This document shows positions 1 to 10,608 of a stretch of DNA of 64,000 nt, in pieces. Both the position numbers and the translations under genes were made by a program. The DNA is taken from positions 28,853-92,852 of the forward strand of contig JAKAJM010000002.1 of NCBI GenBank assembly GCA_021813765.1. Reading direction: 5' to 3'. The first letter of the stretch is position 1; each line of letters opens with the position of its first letter. The notes under the pieces are model-generated. The model was not told the DNA's origin and searched no databases. It was given only the letters and a program-made list of their open reading frames with translations. Origin of the DNA: Nitrospirota bacterium (GTDB lineage: Bacteria > Nitrospirota > Thermodesulfovibrionia > Thermodesulfovibrionales > JdFR-88).

Positions 1-603
1 TACGGGTTCGACATTACTGCGCAGCCGATACCGGTTTGCCCGGCCGCGCACTACATGATGGGCGGGGTGAAAACGGACATCATGGGCCGCACGAACATAC
101 GGGGGTTCCTGGCCGCCGGGGAGGCGGCATGCACCGGCGTGCACGGGGCCAACAGGCTTGCAAGCAACAGTCTTCTGGAGGGGCTGGTGTACGGCAGGCG
201 GGCGGGCCTGTCCGCTGCGGAAAGCCCGCTGTCTGCCCGGGAGGTCTCGGAAAAGGAAAAGGCTTTCTTTTTCCCCTCGGCGCAGCCATATTCCATTCCG
301 GCCCATGACGAGATAAGGGGCGACTTAAGGAGGCTCATGTGGCAGAATGCGGGCATCATCAGGAACGAGGCATCACTTCTTTCAGCCCGTGAAAGGATCG
401 AAAAATGGCGGTACATTACGGAAAAATCCTTCCTTTCAAGAAGGGAACTTGAGCTAAAGAACATGATAGAGGTCTCGGCCCTGATCGTCCGTGCCGCGCT
501 CCTAAGGAAAAACAGCGTGGGAGCTCATTTCCGGTCCGACTATCCGCAGAAGGAAGGGGGCTGGCAGCGGCACATCTCTTTCGTCAGGGGCAGGGAAGAA
601 TAA
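1..603 (+). CDS. nadB: L-aspartate oxidase, C-terminal part (5' end lies outside the window)
   Basis: Frame 1 is open from base 1. The translation ...PVCPAAHYMMGGVKTD...GFLAAGEAACTGVHGANRLASNSLLEGLVYG... is the C-terminal flavoprotein core typical of NadB. The stop is at 601-603. Confidence 0.85.
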   Translation, partial: YGFDITAQPIPVCPAAHYMMGGVKTDIMGRTNIRGFLAAGEAACTGVHGANRLASNSLLEGLVYGRRAGLSAAESPLSAREVSEKEKAFFFPSAQPYSIPAHDEIRGDLRRLMWQNAGIIRNEASLLSARERIEKWRYITEKSFLSRRELELKNMIEVSALIVRAALLRKNSVGAHFRSDYPQKEGGWQRHISFVRGREE

Positions 604-640
604 AAAAACAAAAGAATAAAATAAAAACGAAAAACCCCTA

Positions 641-982
641 ATGAAATACATATTGTATTTTTTGACGGGCGGGGTGGTCGTCAGCTTCGTCACATATCTG
701 GCAGGGCACGCAAGGGGGCTTTGGGCTGCCTTTATCGCAAACATGCCAACAATCACCGTCCTGACCTTCCTTACGATCTACCTCGAATCGGGGCCAAAGG
801 CGGTCATCCCCTATGCCCAGGGACTTGTTGTGATGATAATCCCCTGGTTTGCATATATACTCTCCGTGATATTCCTGACCCCAAAGGCAGGTTTTGTCCC
901 CTCGCTTATTATCGGGGTAGCGCTTTATTTTCTTCTGGCCCTTGCGATATTTGCGATAAGGAGGTATTTCTGGCATGTCTGA
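641..982 (+). CDS. small polytopic membrane protein (DUF3147/GlpM-like)
   Basis: 113-aa ORF with an ATG start, four hydrophobic segments (MKYILYFLTGGVVVSFVTYLAG...) and no competing ORF. The family assignment rests on resemblance only. Confidence 0.6.
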   Translation: MKYILYFLTGGVVVSFVTYLAGHARGLWAAFIANMPTITVLTFLTIYLESGPKAVIPYAQGLVVMIIPWFAYILSVIFLTPKAGFVPSLIIGVALYFLLALAIFAIRRYFWHV

Positions 983-991
983 ATTTTCAAT

Positions 992-1495
992 TTATTTGCC
1001 GGGCGTATTTGCCCGCCCGGTTCCCCCGCTTTGTCCACCTCTTTCCTTCCCCTTGTTTTTTGGAGAGATGAAAAGCCCCGTATAGGGCAGCATGTCCTGC
1101 CAGTAAGGGGGGCAGATATTCTGCTCAGGACCGGGCGTCTGGTCCTCAAGCCCTTTTGTGGAATAAACGACGCTTCCTGTTTTACTTCTGTTTGCCAGGA
1201 TGAAGGCCTCTATGGTTTCCGCACTGAAGCCGGCCTTCTCCAGGGAGACGACCTCGTCCGCATTTTCATAGCCGCTTTCCAGCATGAGGACGATCAGGTT
1301 CTCAGGGACGCCGGCTTTTTTGAGCCTTATGAGGTCCTGCGAGGTCAGGGCGAAGGCCTGCCTGCAGACCATCAGGACAGACAAAAAAAGCAGAGGCGCA
1401 AGCAAGGGGATAAAGGCGCGCGGGACAGCGCAGGGGAAGAAAGTGGGAGCGTTCGCCTTTCCTGGTGCCATGGCAAATGATATCAGCCGGTGCAA
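992..1495 (-). CDS. hypothetical exported protein
   Basis: 167-aa ORF with an N-terminal hydrophobic signal-like segment (IPLLAPLLFLSVLMVCRQAFA-LTSQD). I recognise no family, and the start codon is uncertain. Confidence 0.5.
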   Translation of the reverse strand: MHRLISFAMAPGKANAPTFFPCAVPRAFIPLLAPLLFLSVLMVCRQAFALTSQDLIRLKKAGVPENLIVLMLESGYENADEVVSLEKAGFSAETIEAFILANRSKTGSVVYSTKGLEDQTPGPEQNICPPYWQDMLPYTGLFISPKNKGKERGGQSGGTGRANTPGK

Positions 1496-1522
1496 AAGCG
1501 GTCAAGCGGACAAAAAACAAAA

Positions 1523-1558
1523 AGGGGTTTTGATTTGACTGAAACGATCAAAACCCCT
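1523..1558 (-). terminator. rho-independent terminator after the Lys-rich gene (bidirectional shape)
   Basis: 12-bp stem AGGGGTTTTGAT/ATCAAAACCCCT. On the minus strand the hairpin is followed directly by TTTTGTTTTTTG. Confidence 0.75.
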
Positions 1559-1575
1559 CTTATTTTTAAGAATTC

Positions 1576-2016
1576 TTATTTCTTCTTGGTCTTGGCGGCC
1601 TTTTTGGTTTTTTTGGCCTTGGCTTTCTTCGCTGCAACGGGCCTCATGTAGATGCTCCTTGCAACGTCCTTGCCTTTGACCGTGGAATACCTGGCCGACA
1701 CCTTATCGCCAGCCTTGATATCGGCAAGGGTCATCTTCTTCTTGCCATGCCTCATCCAGGTCTTGCTGGTGGTGTTGAGGGTTACCTCACCCTTTTTGCC
1801 CTTTACCGTCAGGGTCCCCGCCGTTGCATCGACAGCGGTAACCTCGCCAAATACATATTTCAGCCTGGCGATTTTCTTCTTGGCGGCTTTCTTATGCTTT
1901 ATAACCTTCTTGGTTTTTGGGGCAGCGGCAGTGGAAGTGGTGCCCGCCGCGAAGGCTACGCCCGCAAGAGAAAGAGCGAAAGCAACTGCTACTATCAGAG
2001 ATAGGACTTTCTTCAT
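1576..2016 (-). CDS. lysine-rich exported protein, unknown function
   Basis: The start MKKVLSLIVAVAFALSLAGVAFA is preceded by AAGGAGGTGAAAAC. The protein has a signal peptide, a beta-rich core and a KKAKAKKTKKAAKTKKK tail. Confidence 0.7.
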   Translation of the reverse strand: MKKVLSLIVAVAFALSLAGVAFAAGTTSTAAAPKTKKVIKHKKAAKKKIARLKYVFGEVTAVDATAGTLTVKGKKGEVTLNTTSKTWMRHGKKKMTLADIKAGDKVSARYSTVKGKDVARSIYMRPVAAKKAKAKKTKKAAKTKKK

Positions 2017-2070
2017 TTTGTTTTCACCTCCTTTCCTTAAGTGGTTTTCCGTATTTCCAGCCGAAGATTT

Positions 2071-2087
2071 ATACAAGAATCATGCCA
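2071..2087 (-). promoter_or_regulatory. candidate sigma-54 (-24/-12) promoter for the Lys-rich gene
   Basis: The minus strand reads CTGGCAT-GATTC-TTGTAT with correct GG-to-(G)C spacing, about 55-70 nt upstream of the ATG at 2016. It lies directly downstream of a sigma-54 activator gene. The -12 element is GT rather than GC, and the site overlaps a TATAAA box, so it could be a sigma-70 promoter instead. Confidence 0.3.
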
Positions 2088-2199
2088 GAGCAACATGCAT
2101 GGGGCTCCCGGGGAAAAAAGCAAAAAGACTTGAGATTTACGCTCTTTTTTTTAAGATGGCAGGGAGATCTTGAAGAAAAAGCGGGAAGAATATCCTCTT

Positions 2200-3582
2200 T
2201 TAGGGAACATCTTCCTTTTTTGGGGATAAATTCTCCAGCGAAAGCTTTTCCCACCTGTACCAAAAGGTCTTATAGCTCATGCCAAGAAGCTTTGCCGCCC
2301 TGGCGGCCACCCCTCCGGCCTTGGCCATGGCCTTCCTGAGGAGCTCTTTTTCGAGGTCATCGAAAACGATGCCTTCGTCGGGTATTTCTATATCGAGGGT
2401 CCCGTCCGCCTTGCGGCCCCTGAGCTCGCCCTTTATGTCGGAGAGCATTATGTTGTCCGTGTCGCATATGAGCACCGCCCTTTCGATGACCGCCTCAAGC
2501 TGCCTTATATTGCCAGGCCAGTGGTAGTCCTCGAATGCCCTGAGGACGGAGTCGCTTATTTTCTTTATCCTTCGCCCGAACTCCTTGTTGTATTTTTCCA
2601 GGAAATAGGCGGAAAGGGCGGCGACGTCCTCCTTTCGCTCCCTGAGCGGGGGCAGCTCTATCGTGACGACCCTGAGCCTGTAATAGAGGTCTTCCCTGAA
2701 CCGTCCGTTTTCGATCTCCTTTTCGAGGTCCTTGTTTGTGGCGGCGATTATCTTTACGTTCACCTTTATCGTATCGCGCCCGCCAAGCCGCCTTAGTTCC
2801 TTCTCCTGAAGCACCCTCAGTATCTTGGACTGCGTGGCGGGTGGAAGGTCGCCTATCTCGTCCAGAAAGACGGTGCCGCCGTTTGATGCCTCAAAAAGCC
2901 CGGCCCTCCTGGTGCTGGCCCCTGTGAAGGCGCCAGGCTCGTACCCGAAGAGCTCGCTTTCAAGGAGAGCTTCGGGTATCGAGGCGCAGTTGATGGCGGT
3001 GAAAGGCTTGGTGCTCCTTGTGCCGCTGTAGTGTATGGCCCGGGCCACCAGCTCTTTACCTGTGCCGGACTCTCCAAGGACCAGGACTGTGACCGGGCTG
3101 TCGTTGACTTTTTTCACAAGGCCGACCACATCCTTTACCGCCCTTGTATTTCCAACGATCCCTTCAATGCCAAACTTGTTGAACAGGGCGCTTTGCAGCT
3201 CCCGGTTCTTCTTGAGGAGCTCCACTGTTTTTACTGCCCGCTTTACCGTCAGGAGGACCATCTCTTTTTCAAGGGGTTTGGAGAGGTAGTCGAAAGCCCC
3301 TTTCTTCATGGCCTCAACGGCGGTGGGGACGCTCCCGAAGGCGGTCATTATTATTATGGCGGTCTCGTCATTGCCGGTTTTTATCTGTTCCATCAGGTCT
3401 ATGCCGCTCATCTGCTTCATCTTGAGGTCCGTAAGCACGACATCGGGGTTAACGGCCCTTGCTATCTCCACCGCCTCTTCCCCGGAAGACCCTGTATAGG
3501 TTTCGTACCCGGCGTCCTGAAGTATGTTTTTAAGAATGTCCCGCTGAAGGGGCTCGTCGTCCACGACAAGAATGATTGCCAT
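2200..3582 (-). CDS. sigma-54-dependent response regulator (NtrC/AtoC family: REC + AAA+ + Fis-type HTH)
   Basis: The N-terminal receiver reads MAIILVVDDEP...DLKM. The Walker A is GESGTGKE, the sigma-54 contact loop is GAFTGA (EPGAFTGA), and a C-terminal HTH is present. Confidence 0.9.
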   Translation of the reverse strand: MAIILVVDDEPLQRDILKNILQDAGYETYTGSSGEEAVEIARAVNPDVVLTDLKMKQMSGIDLMEQIKTGNDETAIIIMTAFGSVPTAVEAMKKGAFDYLSKPLEKEMVLLTVKRAVKTVELLKKNRELQSALFNKFGIEGIVGNTRAVKDVVGLVKKVNDSPVTVLVLGESGTGKELVARAIHYSGTRSTKPFTAINCASIPEALLESELFGYEPGAFTGASTRRAGLFEASNGGTVFLDEIGDLPPATQSKILRVLQEKELRRLGGRDTIKVNVKIIAATNKDLEKEIENGRFREDLYYRLRVVTIELPPLRERKEDVAALSAYFLEKYNKEFGRRIKKISDSVLRAFEDYHWPGNIRQLEAVIERAVLICDTDNIMLSDIKGELRGRKADGTLDIEIPDEGIVFDDLEKELLRKAMAKAGGVAARAAKLLGMSYKTFWYRWEKLSLENLSPKKEDVP

Positions 3583-3608
3583 AATTTTTTATTTAAAAAA
3601 ATCCCTTC

Positions 3609-5075
3609 CTATGCGTTCAGTGCGGCCCCGGAGCCGCTGCCGCTTTCATTTTCCACGGGCACCGGGAGCTTGAGTATCATGCTTGAGCCTTTACCGGGGG
3701 TGCTCTCAAAAAAGATCTCTCCTCCGTGCTCCTCCACTATCCGCTTGGTCGTGGCCAGCCCGAGCCCCAGGCCGGCGCTTTTTGTGGTGAAGAAGGGCTC
3801 AAATATTTTTTCCAGGTGCTCCTGAGGCACTCCGTGGCCGGTGTCGCTTATGCACAGGACGACCTTGTGCCCCTCCTTCCTGCTTGTGAGGGTGAGGCTG
3901 CCGCCCCCGGGCATCGCATGGAAGGCATTGACGACTATGTTGTATATGCAGGTCTTCATGAAGTCGGGGTCTATCAGGATGTCCGGCAGGTATTCGTATT
4001 TCCGTATCACCTTTATTTTGTCCGTTTCGGCCTTCGCCTTTATTATGGCGAAGACCTCGTCGAACAGGCTGCCTACGTTCACGCGCTTCATGTTCAGCGC
4101 AAGCGGCTTGCCGTAATCGAGAAAGTCCCGGACAAGCTTGTCCAGCCTGAATATCTCCTGCTTTATGCTCGAAATAAGGCTGTCGAATTTGCCTGCGGCG
4201 GCCTCCTGCGCGGGCTCGAAATTGTCTTTTATGTAATCTATGCTCAGGCTTATGAAATTAAGTGGGTTTCTTATCTCGTGCGCCATGCTTCTTGAGAGCT
4301 GGCCCACGGCGGAAAGGTGTTCGGCTTCGCGCAGCTTCTCCTCAAGACGCCGGTTTTCCCTTAGCCTCTGCACCATCAGGTTGAAACTCCTTGTCAGCAC
4401 CCCCACCTCGTCTTTTCTGTCCGAAGGCTCTATCTCGACGAAATCTCCCGCTGCCACCTTGTCTGCCGCGGCCGATATCTCGTTGATCGGTTTTGTGTAG
4501 CGCGAGGAAAGAAACACCGCCGCCACCGTGCCTATCAGGAAAACCGCCAGGGCGGCCACGCCTTTTTTTACCAGGTTGTTCCTGAGAAGGACAGAGAAGT
4601 CCTCCTCGTTTATCGTAAGGTGCACATACCCGTAGTGGACCTTCCCGGCCACGACCGGCAGGATAACGTTGTAAGTCTTGCCCTCGTTGGACACCGGCTG
4701 GCCAAGCTCGGCCTTTATGATGAGCTGTTTTCTTTTCTGGCTGAGGGAGGCGCCCACTTTCTTTGGGTTCGTGCTCGCAATGATCTGGTCGTTGTTGCTG
4801 ATAATGGATATCTCGTTTATCCCCTTGGTCTTCATGCGCCTCAGATATCTTTCCAGTTTAGTCTGGGGCGTCTGGTCCGTGGTTGTGACCTCCTCGACCC
4901 CGATCTGTATGGCCTGTGAAAGGTCCGCGGTGCGGCGCGTGACCTCCCTGATGAGGTTTTTTTCGTCCTGCACGTACAGAAAAGCCAGGATGGAAAGGAG
5001 CATGAAACTTAGAAAAAGCATCATGAAAATGAGTTTCTTGTTAAGAGAGATATTCAGGAAATAATTCTTGAGCAT
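3609..5075 (-). CDS. membrane sensor histidine kinase (periplasmic domain, HAMP, HisKA, HATPase)
   Basis: Two TM segments, a HAMP-like region, the H-box SRSMAHEIRNPLN, and the N/G boxes DTGHGVP...GLGLGLA. It lies 26 nt upstream of the response regulator on the same strand. Confidence 0.9.
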   Translation of the reverse strand: MLKNYFLNISLNKKLIFMMLFLSFMLLSILAFLYVQDEKNLIREVTRRTADLSQAIQIGVEEVTTTDQTPQTKLERYLRRMKTKGINEISIISNNDQIIASTNPKKVGASLSQKRKQLIIKAELGQPVSNEGKTYNVILPVVAGKVHYGYVHLTINEEDFSVLLRNNLVKKGVAALAVFLIGTVAAVFLSSRYTKPINEISAAADKVAAGDFVEIEPSDRKDEVGVLTRSFNLMVQRLRENRRLEEKLREAEHLSAVGQLSRSMAHEIRNPLNFISLSIDYIKDNFEPAQEAAAGKFDSLISSIKQEIFRLDKLVRDFLDYGKPLALNMKRVNVGSLFDEVFAIIKAKAETDKIKVIRKYEYLPDILIDPDFMKTCIYNIVVNAFHAMPGGGSLTLTSRKEGHKVVLCISDTGHGVPQEHLEKIFEPFFTTKSAGLGLGLATTKRIVEEHGGEIFFESTPGKGSSMILKLPVPVENESGSGSGAALNA

Positions 5076-5206
5076 CAGGATGATAATAACATAAAAAGTC
5101 AGGTTGACTTTTGCCCGGCGCTGTAATAGCCTTTGATTAAGCTCACCAACAATAATTCAAAATCTTTATTTTTTGCAAAGGTTCCAGTCCGGCAAGGAGG
5201 TGTCCC

Positions 5207-5497
5207 TTGGCAACGGGTGGAGTTGCGCATGAAAAAAGAAGGCATAAGCGTGACTTGGTTACCGTGCCCGTAAGTTACAGTCCTGCCCAGGCGTCCGGCG
5301 CCCAGGCGGCAAACGGAATAACCCTGAACATCAGCGACAGCGGCATATGTTTTTACACCCAGAACCGGCTTGAACAGGGCACAATCTTGCATATTTCAAG
5401 CAGGGCTTTCTGGGAGGAGCCCCGGACAGGCACGGTGATGTGGTGCAGAAAGATCACCGAGGAGCTGTACAGGGTAGGAGTGATATTTAACGATTAG
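5207..5497 (+). CDS. PilZ-domain protein (putative c-di-GMP receptor)
   Basis: A RRHKR...(D)xSxxG-type pattern is present (EKRRHKRDLV...LNISDSGICF). The start is TTG in the ORF track, preceded by AAGGAGG. Confidence 0.65.
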   Translation: MATGGVAHEKRRHKRDLVTVPVSYSPAQASGAQAANGITLNISDSGICFYTQNRLEQGTILHISSRAFWEEPRTGTVMWCRKITEELYRVGVIFND

Positions 5498-5594
5498 GCG
5501 CTGATGATCGGACAGATGGAAAAAACGGTAAAACAAAAACCTTCTCCGCCTCTGCCTTGAACGATGAATGACAGACCCCCCTGGAAAGCCTTTT

Positions 5595-6122
5595 TTATTT
5601 ATTCGATTCTATCGGCAGCTTCTGTTTCTTTTCTTTCGTTTCCGGCTTGGGTATCCTGATCTCGAGCACTCCATCCTTGAACTTTGCCTTCGACTTGCCG
5701 GTCTCCACATTTTCAGGAAGAGTGAAGGAGCGTGTGAAATATCCGCTTGAGCGCTCGATTCTGTAATAGTCCTTCCTTTCCACCTTTTCCTCTTTCTTCT
5801 TCTCTCCGGAGATGGTGACCACATGGTCGCCGATGTTCACCTCTATGTCCTCTTTTTTCATCCCCGGCATCTCCGCTTTCAGCACCAGGGCGTTGCCTTC
5901 CTCGTACATATCCACCGCCGGGGCGGCGGCTATTTCCTCGGGCACCGCCCGGCCCGGCCAGAAGAACCTTCTCCTGCCGCCCATGATGTCCTCGAATATG
6001 CGCTCCATCTCGCAAAACGGAGACAGCCAGGCCTCCCTGCGAAACGGCGTGATCTCACGGCTTTCGGACTTCTCCGGTTTGCCTTTTTCCTGCTGCTTCT
6101 CCTCCAACGTGGCTTTGGCCAT
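5595..6122 (-). CDS. small heat-shock protein, Hsp20/alpha-crystallin family
   Basis: Alpha-crystallin core: AVDMYEEGNALVLKAEMPGMKKEDIEVNI...GVLEIRIPK. The ATG at 6122 (MAKATL) is preferred because AAAGGAGG lies 8 nt upstream. Confidence 0.9.
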   Translation of the reverse strand: MAKATLEEKQQEKGKPEKSESREITPFRREAWLSPFCEMERIFEDIMGGRRRFFWPGRAVPEEIAAAPAVDMYEEGNALVLKAEMPGMKKEDIEVNIGDHVVTISGEKKKEEKVERKDYYRIERSSGYFTRSFTLPENVETGKSKAKFKDGVLEIRIPKPETKEKKQKLPIESNK

Positions 6123-6164
6123 TTTCACGGCCTCCTTTCTAAGAGGCATGATCTTGATAAAGGA

Positions 6165-6193
6165 GTTTTATCATGGGGTGCAAATGGTGTCAA
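6165..6193 (-). promoter_or_regulatory. candidate promoter of hsp20 (TTGACA-17-TAAAAC)
   Basis: The minus strand reads TTGACA ccatttgcaccccatga TAAAAC, about 45 nt upstream of the hsp20 ATG. The spacer contains CCCCAT, which resembles a sigma-32 -10 element but is at the wrong spacing. Confidence 0.4.
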
Positions 6194-6313
6194 GATTCAG
6201 GCGCAAGGTAAAAGGCGGCGGCTGAAAGTGAAAAAAAAGACCAGATTTTTTTAGGCTATGCTGATAAAGGGAAGGCTTTTACTTGCTGCTATCTGCCGCT
6301 TGGACTTGGCCGG

Positions 6314-7789
<1,476 letters not shown>

Positions 7790-7828
7790 TCATAGCATTT
7801 AATCCCGGGTTTTGGCAAGGATGTGGGA

Positions 7829-8353
7829 TTAAACAGCATCTTCTCTCTGAAATTCCTTCAGCGTAGGCAGGCCTGTGAGGTCCTTGAGGCCAAACTGGAC
7901 AAGGAACTCCTGGGTTGTGCCGAAAAGAAGGGGCTTGCCCGGGGCCTCCTTCCTTCCAATCATTTTTATCAGCCTCCTGTCCAGAAGCGTCTTCATAACG
8001 CCATCCGAGCCCACCCCGCGCAGCGCTTCAAGCTCGGCCTTGGTTATGGGCTGTTTGTAAGCGATTATGGCCAGCGTCTCCAGGGAGGCCTGGGAAAGCT
8101 TTGAGGGCTGCGTTGCCTTGAGCTTCCTGGCCCAGTGGGAGTGATCGGAGTTCGTATGCATGATGTAGCCCCCCGCCAGCTCGGAAACCAGGACGCCGCC
8201 CGCCCGCTGAGCGTATTCGGCCTTTATCTCGTCCAGGAGGTCCTTCAGCTCCGTCTCGGGAAGTCCGGTCGTCTCTTTTATCTCTTTGAGGCCCAGCGGG
8301 CCGGGAGAGGAGAAAAGCAGCGCCTCAAGCATAGCCTTCGAATTGACATCCAT
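7829..8353 (-). CDS. scpB: segregation and condensation protein B
   Basis: LEALLFSSPGPLGLKEI... and ...LETLAIIAYKQPITKAELEALRGV are typical ScpB winged-helix repeats. Confidence 0.85.
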   Translation of the reverse strand: MDVNSKAMLEALLFSSPGPLGLKEIKETTGLPETELKDLLDEIKAEYAQRAGGVLVSELAGGYIMHTNSDHSHWARKLKATQPSKLSQASLETLAIIAYKQPITKAELEALRGVGSDGVMKTLLDRRLIKMIGRKEAPGKPLLFGTTQEFLVQFGLKDLTGLPTLKEFQREDAV

Positions 8354-8500
8354 TCTGAAATATAACAGAAAAGCCCGCCATTTAAAAACAGCTTTTTTTA
8401 TCTTTTTATTTATTTATATACTCTATTGACAATATTTTATTTTTTTTATTATTTTTAAACGTCTGCTGAAAAGAAAAAAACCGATAGAAGATAAGGTTAA

Positions 8501-9121
8501 ATGAACAAAGCTCAAGCTCTTTCTAAAGCCATGGCCGGCCAGCCTTCCTGGATGGACGGGCATTCTGTCCGGGTGATGGAGTATGCAGTTGCCATTGGCA
8601 GGGCGCTGGGGCTGTCTGAAAATAGCATCGAGACGCTGCGGCTGGCAGGCCTGCTCCATGACATAGGCAAGGTGGACACCTGCGCCTCCGTTCTTGAGAA
8701 ACAGGGCAGCCTCACGAGCGGGGAGTTCGAGCTTGTCAAGCTGCACCCGGTCCACGGGGCAGAGATACTCTGCCAGTCGGAAACCCTTTTCCGTGTGGCC
8801 CGTGTCATAAGGCACCACCATGAGCGGTTCGACGGCAGCGGGTATCCTGACGGGCTCAAGGGCGAAGGCATACCTTTCCTAGCAAGGGTCCTCTATGTGG
8901 CCGACGCGTTTGATTCCATGACCGCCGACAGGCCTTACAGGAAGGCGCCTGGCAAGGACTATGCCATATCGGAGCTCATCCGCTGCGCCGGAACCCAGTT
9001 TGACCCCCGCGTGGTCCTGGAATTTCTGAAGATTGCCGGCGGCTTTCCGTGCGGCAATGAATATCCGGGGGATTGCATGGCCTCTCTGCCTCCCAATCTG
9101 CTCTTCAAAAAACCCGTTTGA
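8501..9121 (+). CDS. HD-GYP domain phosphohydrolase (putative c-di-GMP phosphodiesterase)
   Basis: HSVRV...LLHDIGK...HHHERFDGSGYPDGL...ADAFDSMTADRPYR. Confidence 0.85.
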   Translation: MNKAQALSKAMAGQPSWMDGHSVRVMEYAVAIGRALGLSENSIETLRLAGLLHDIGKVDTCASVLEKQGSLTSGEFELVKLHPVHGAEILCQSETLFRVARVIRHHHERFDGSGYPDGLKGEGIPFLARVLYVADAFDSMTADRPYRKAPGKDYAISELIRCAGTQFDPRVVLEFLKIAGGFPCGNEYPGDCMASLPPNLLFKKPV

Positions 9122-9181
9122 CAGCCCGTCTTTTTTGCCCTAAAGTTTTTAAGGAAATTCCGGAGGTTTTTTATTAAATTG

Positions 9182-9340
9182 ATGGGAAAATGGATCTGCG
9201 ACCTTTGCGGCTATGTTTATGACCCGGAGCTAGGTGACCCCGACAGCGGCATAAAACCGGGGGTCCGTTTCGAGGACCTGCCCGAAGAATGGGTGTGTCC
9301 CGTCTGCGGCGCCGGAAAGGACCAGTTCTCCAAGCTATGA
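9182..9340 (+). CDS. rubredoxin (52 aa; below the ORF-track length cut-off)
   Basis: [52 protein letters not shown] contains both CxxCG knuckles and the conserved aromatic residues. Confidence 0.9.
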   Translation: MGKWICDLCGYVYDPELGDPDSGIKPGVRFEDLPEEWVCPVCGAGKDQFSKL

Positions 9341-9858
9341 GGAAAGAGGGCGAAACGATGAAGGCGGTTGAGATTGCCATGAAGACCGAGACGGACGCGA
9401 TTGAATTCTATGAGAAGGCCGCCCGGAAGACCTCCCACCCGGTGGGCAAAAAGATGTTCCTGTCCATAATAGATGATGAAAAGAGGCACTTGGAGGTGCT
9501 GAAATGCATCTTCGAAGGGATGGACATAGATTTTTTCCCTGAAGAAAGCCCGATGAAAAAAATAAGCACCGTCTTTGAGGAAAACAGGTCGTCCATGCTC
9601 GAGCGCGTGACTGCCACCGCGGATGAGACCCAGGCCCTGGAAATAGCGATGAGGATGGAGAAGGAGAGCGTGGATTTCTATGAGAAGGCCGCCTCCTCGG
9701 CCACCGGCAGGGAAAAGGCGGTCTTCGAGAGGCTCATAAAGGAAGAGGAGCAGCACTACAGCATTTTTTCAAATACGTACCAGTTCCTCACGGACACCGG
9801 CAACTGGTTCATGTGGGAGGAGCACAGCGCCGTGGACGGCGGGACGCCGTGGGCGTAA
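9337..9858 (+). CDS. ferritin-like diiron protein (erythrin/rubrerythrin-like, without a rubredoxin domain)
   Basis: It contains two E...ExxH half-sites (EFYEKAA...EKRHLE and DFYEKAA...EEQHY). The ATG at 9337 overlaps the rubredoxin stop (ATGA). An alternative ATG at 9358 has a better Shine-Dalgarno sequence. Confidence 0.8.
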   Translation: MRKEGETMKAVEIAMKTETDAIEFYEKAARKTSHPVGKKMFLSIIDDEKRHLEVLKCIFEGMDIDFFPEESPMKKISTVFEENRSSMLERVTATADETQALEIAMRMEKESVDFYEKAASSATGREKAVFERLIKEEEQHYSIFSNTYQFLTDTGNWFMWEEHSAVDGGTPWA

Positions 9859-9875
9859 CGGCTCCTTGCCCGCGG

Positions 9876-10043
9876 TCACCAGCAGTAGACCTTCTCCGCC
9901 TCCTGCACCGCCTGAAGGAGCTTGTCCGGGTCGAACTCCCTGAAAAGCTCGAAGACCGTCACCTCGTTGCCCTTTTTGTGGGCCTCTATTATCTTCAGGT
10001 CGAAGGCATCCGGCTCTTTTTTAAGAATATGGACTATTTTCAT
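9876..10043 (-). CDS. small protein (55 aa), possibly DsrH/TusB-like
   Basis: MKIVHILKKEPDAFDLKIIEAHKKGNEVTVFELFRELDPDKLLQAVQEAEKVYCW. Its ATG overlaps the upstream stop codon (TGATG). It is shorter than canonical DsrH, so the family call is weak. Confidence 0.45.
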   Translation of the reverse strand: MKIVHILKKEPDAFDLKIIEAHKKGNEVTVFELFREFDPDKLLQAVQEAEKVYCW

Positions 10044-10318
10044 CAGTAAGATATCACGACATCGTACTTTAACAGGATCTCTGGCATGTCCCGCTCGTTT
10101 ACTGTCTTGAAATCATCAATTTCGCAAAAGGAGTAAAGCCCCGCCCTCATGGCCTTGAGCATCTCCAGGTTCATCAGGTTCATCTCCGTGGGTTTGGGAG
10201 CCGGGCCCGCAAGATAGATGTCCACCATGTCGTCATAGAGGGTAAGCCCGAGGGCCATCCTGAGCGCCTCCTCCGATCTTTCCTTGACTATGACCGCTAT
10301 GCGCTTTCTCAGGGGCAT
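10043..10318 (-). CDS. DsrF/TusC-like small protein (DsrE/F family)
   Basis: MPLRKRIAVIVKERSEEALRMALGLTL...YDVVISY. The ATG at 10318 overlaps the upstream stop codon (TGATG). Confidence 0.55.
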   Translation of the reverse strand: MPLRKRIAVIVKERSEEALRMALGLTLYDDMVDIYLAGPAPKPTEMNLMNLEMLKAMRAGLYSFCEIDDFKTVNERDMPEILLKYDVVISY

Positions 10319-10608
10319 CAGAAAACCAGAAGCCGGTCGCACCAGCGGACCATGGAGATGTTGTCATACTGGCTGCCGGCCCGTATCTCTCCGGGCAGCT
10401 CAAGGTTCCTCTGTCCCCGGTTCAGGTCGCATACGTTCACTTTGAGCTTTCCTGATACCGTGCTTACGAACTCAGGGTCCTCTGACATGAAACAGCCGTC
10501 ATCCATAAGGAATATGTTCACCTCGTCTCCCCTCCTTATGGCCGCATTCAGGATGGGCACCACCATCTTCCTGTAGCCCGAATCCGTTATCAAAACCCCT
10601 AATCTCAT
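10318..10608 (-). CDS. DsrE/TusD-like small protein
   Basis: MRLGVLITDSGY...FLMDDGCF...KVNVCDLNRGQRN...CDRLLVF. The Cys-containing ...VC..xxRG... segment resembles the DsrE/TusD active-site region. The maximal ORF extends to a TTG at 10650. Confidence 0.6.
   Translation of the reverse strand: MRLGVLITDSGYRKMVVPILNAAIRRGDEVNIFLMDDGCFMSEDPEFVSTVSGKLKVNVCDLNRGQRNLELPGEIRAGSQYDNISMVRWCDRLLVF

Noticed and set aside
3031-3825. Long ORFs antisense to or overlapping confident genes, for example 3031..3825(+), 11089..11874(-), 12034..12828(-), 27746..28402(-), 31058..31960(-), 33358..34224(-), 37387..38460(+), 40432..41400(+), 43397..44209(-), 52261..53013(-), 55556..56338(+), 57511..58857(+), 60399..61382(+).
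   Set aside because: Each lies opposite to, or out of frame within, a gene with clear family motifs. Their translations are Arg/Gly/Pro/His-rich and low in complexity, as expected for shadow frames in GC-rich DNA. None has a recognisable motif or SD.
6165-6193. Sigma-32 heat-shock promoter upstream of hsp20 (CTTGAC ... CCCCATGA).
   Set aside because: The spacing between the CTTGA-like and CCCCAT elements is about 10 nt rather than 13-15. The same DNA fits a sigma-70 TTGACA-17-TAAAAC promoter better. I also found no correctly spaced sigma-54 site (TGACAC...TGCA is 2 nt too short).
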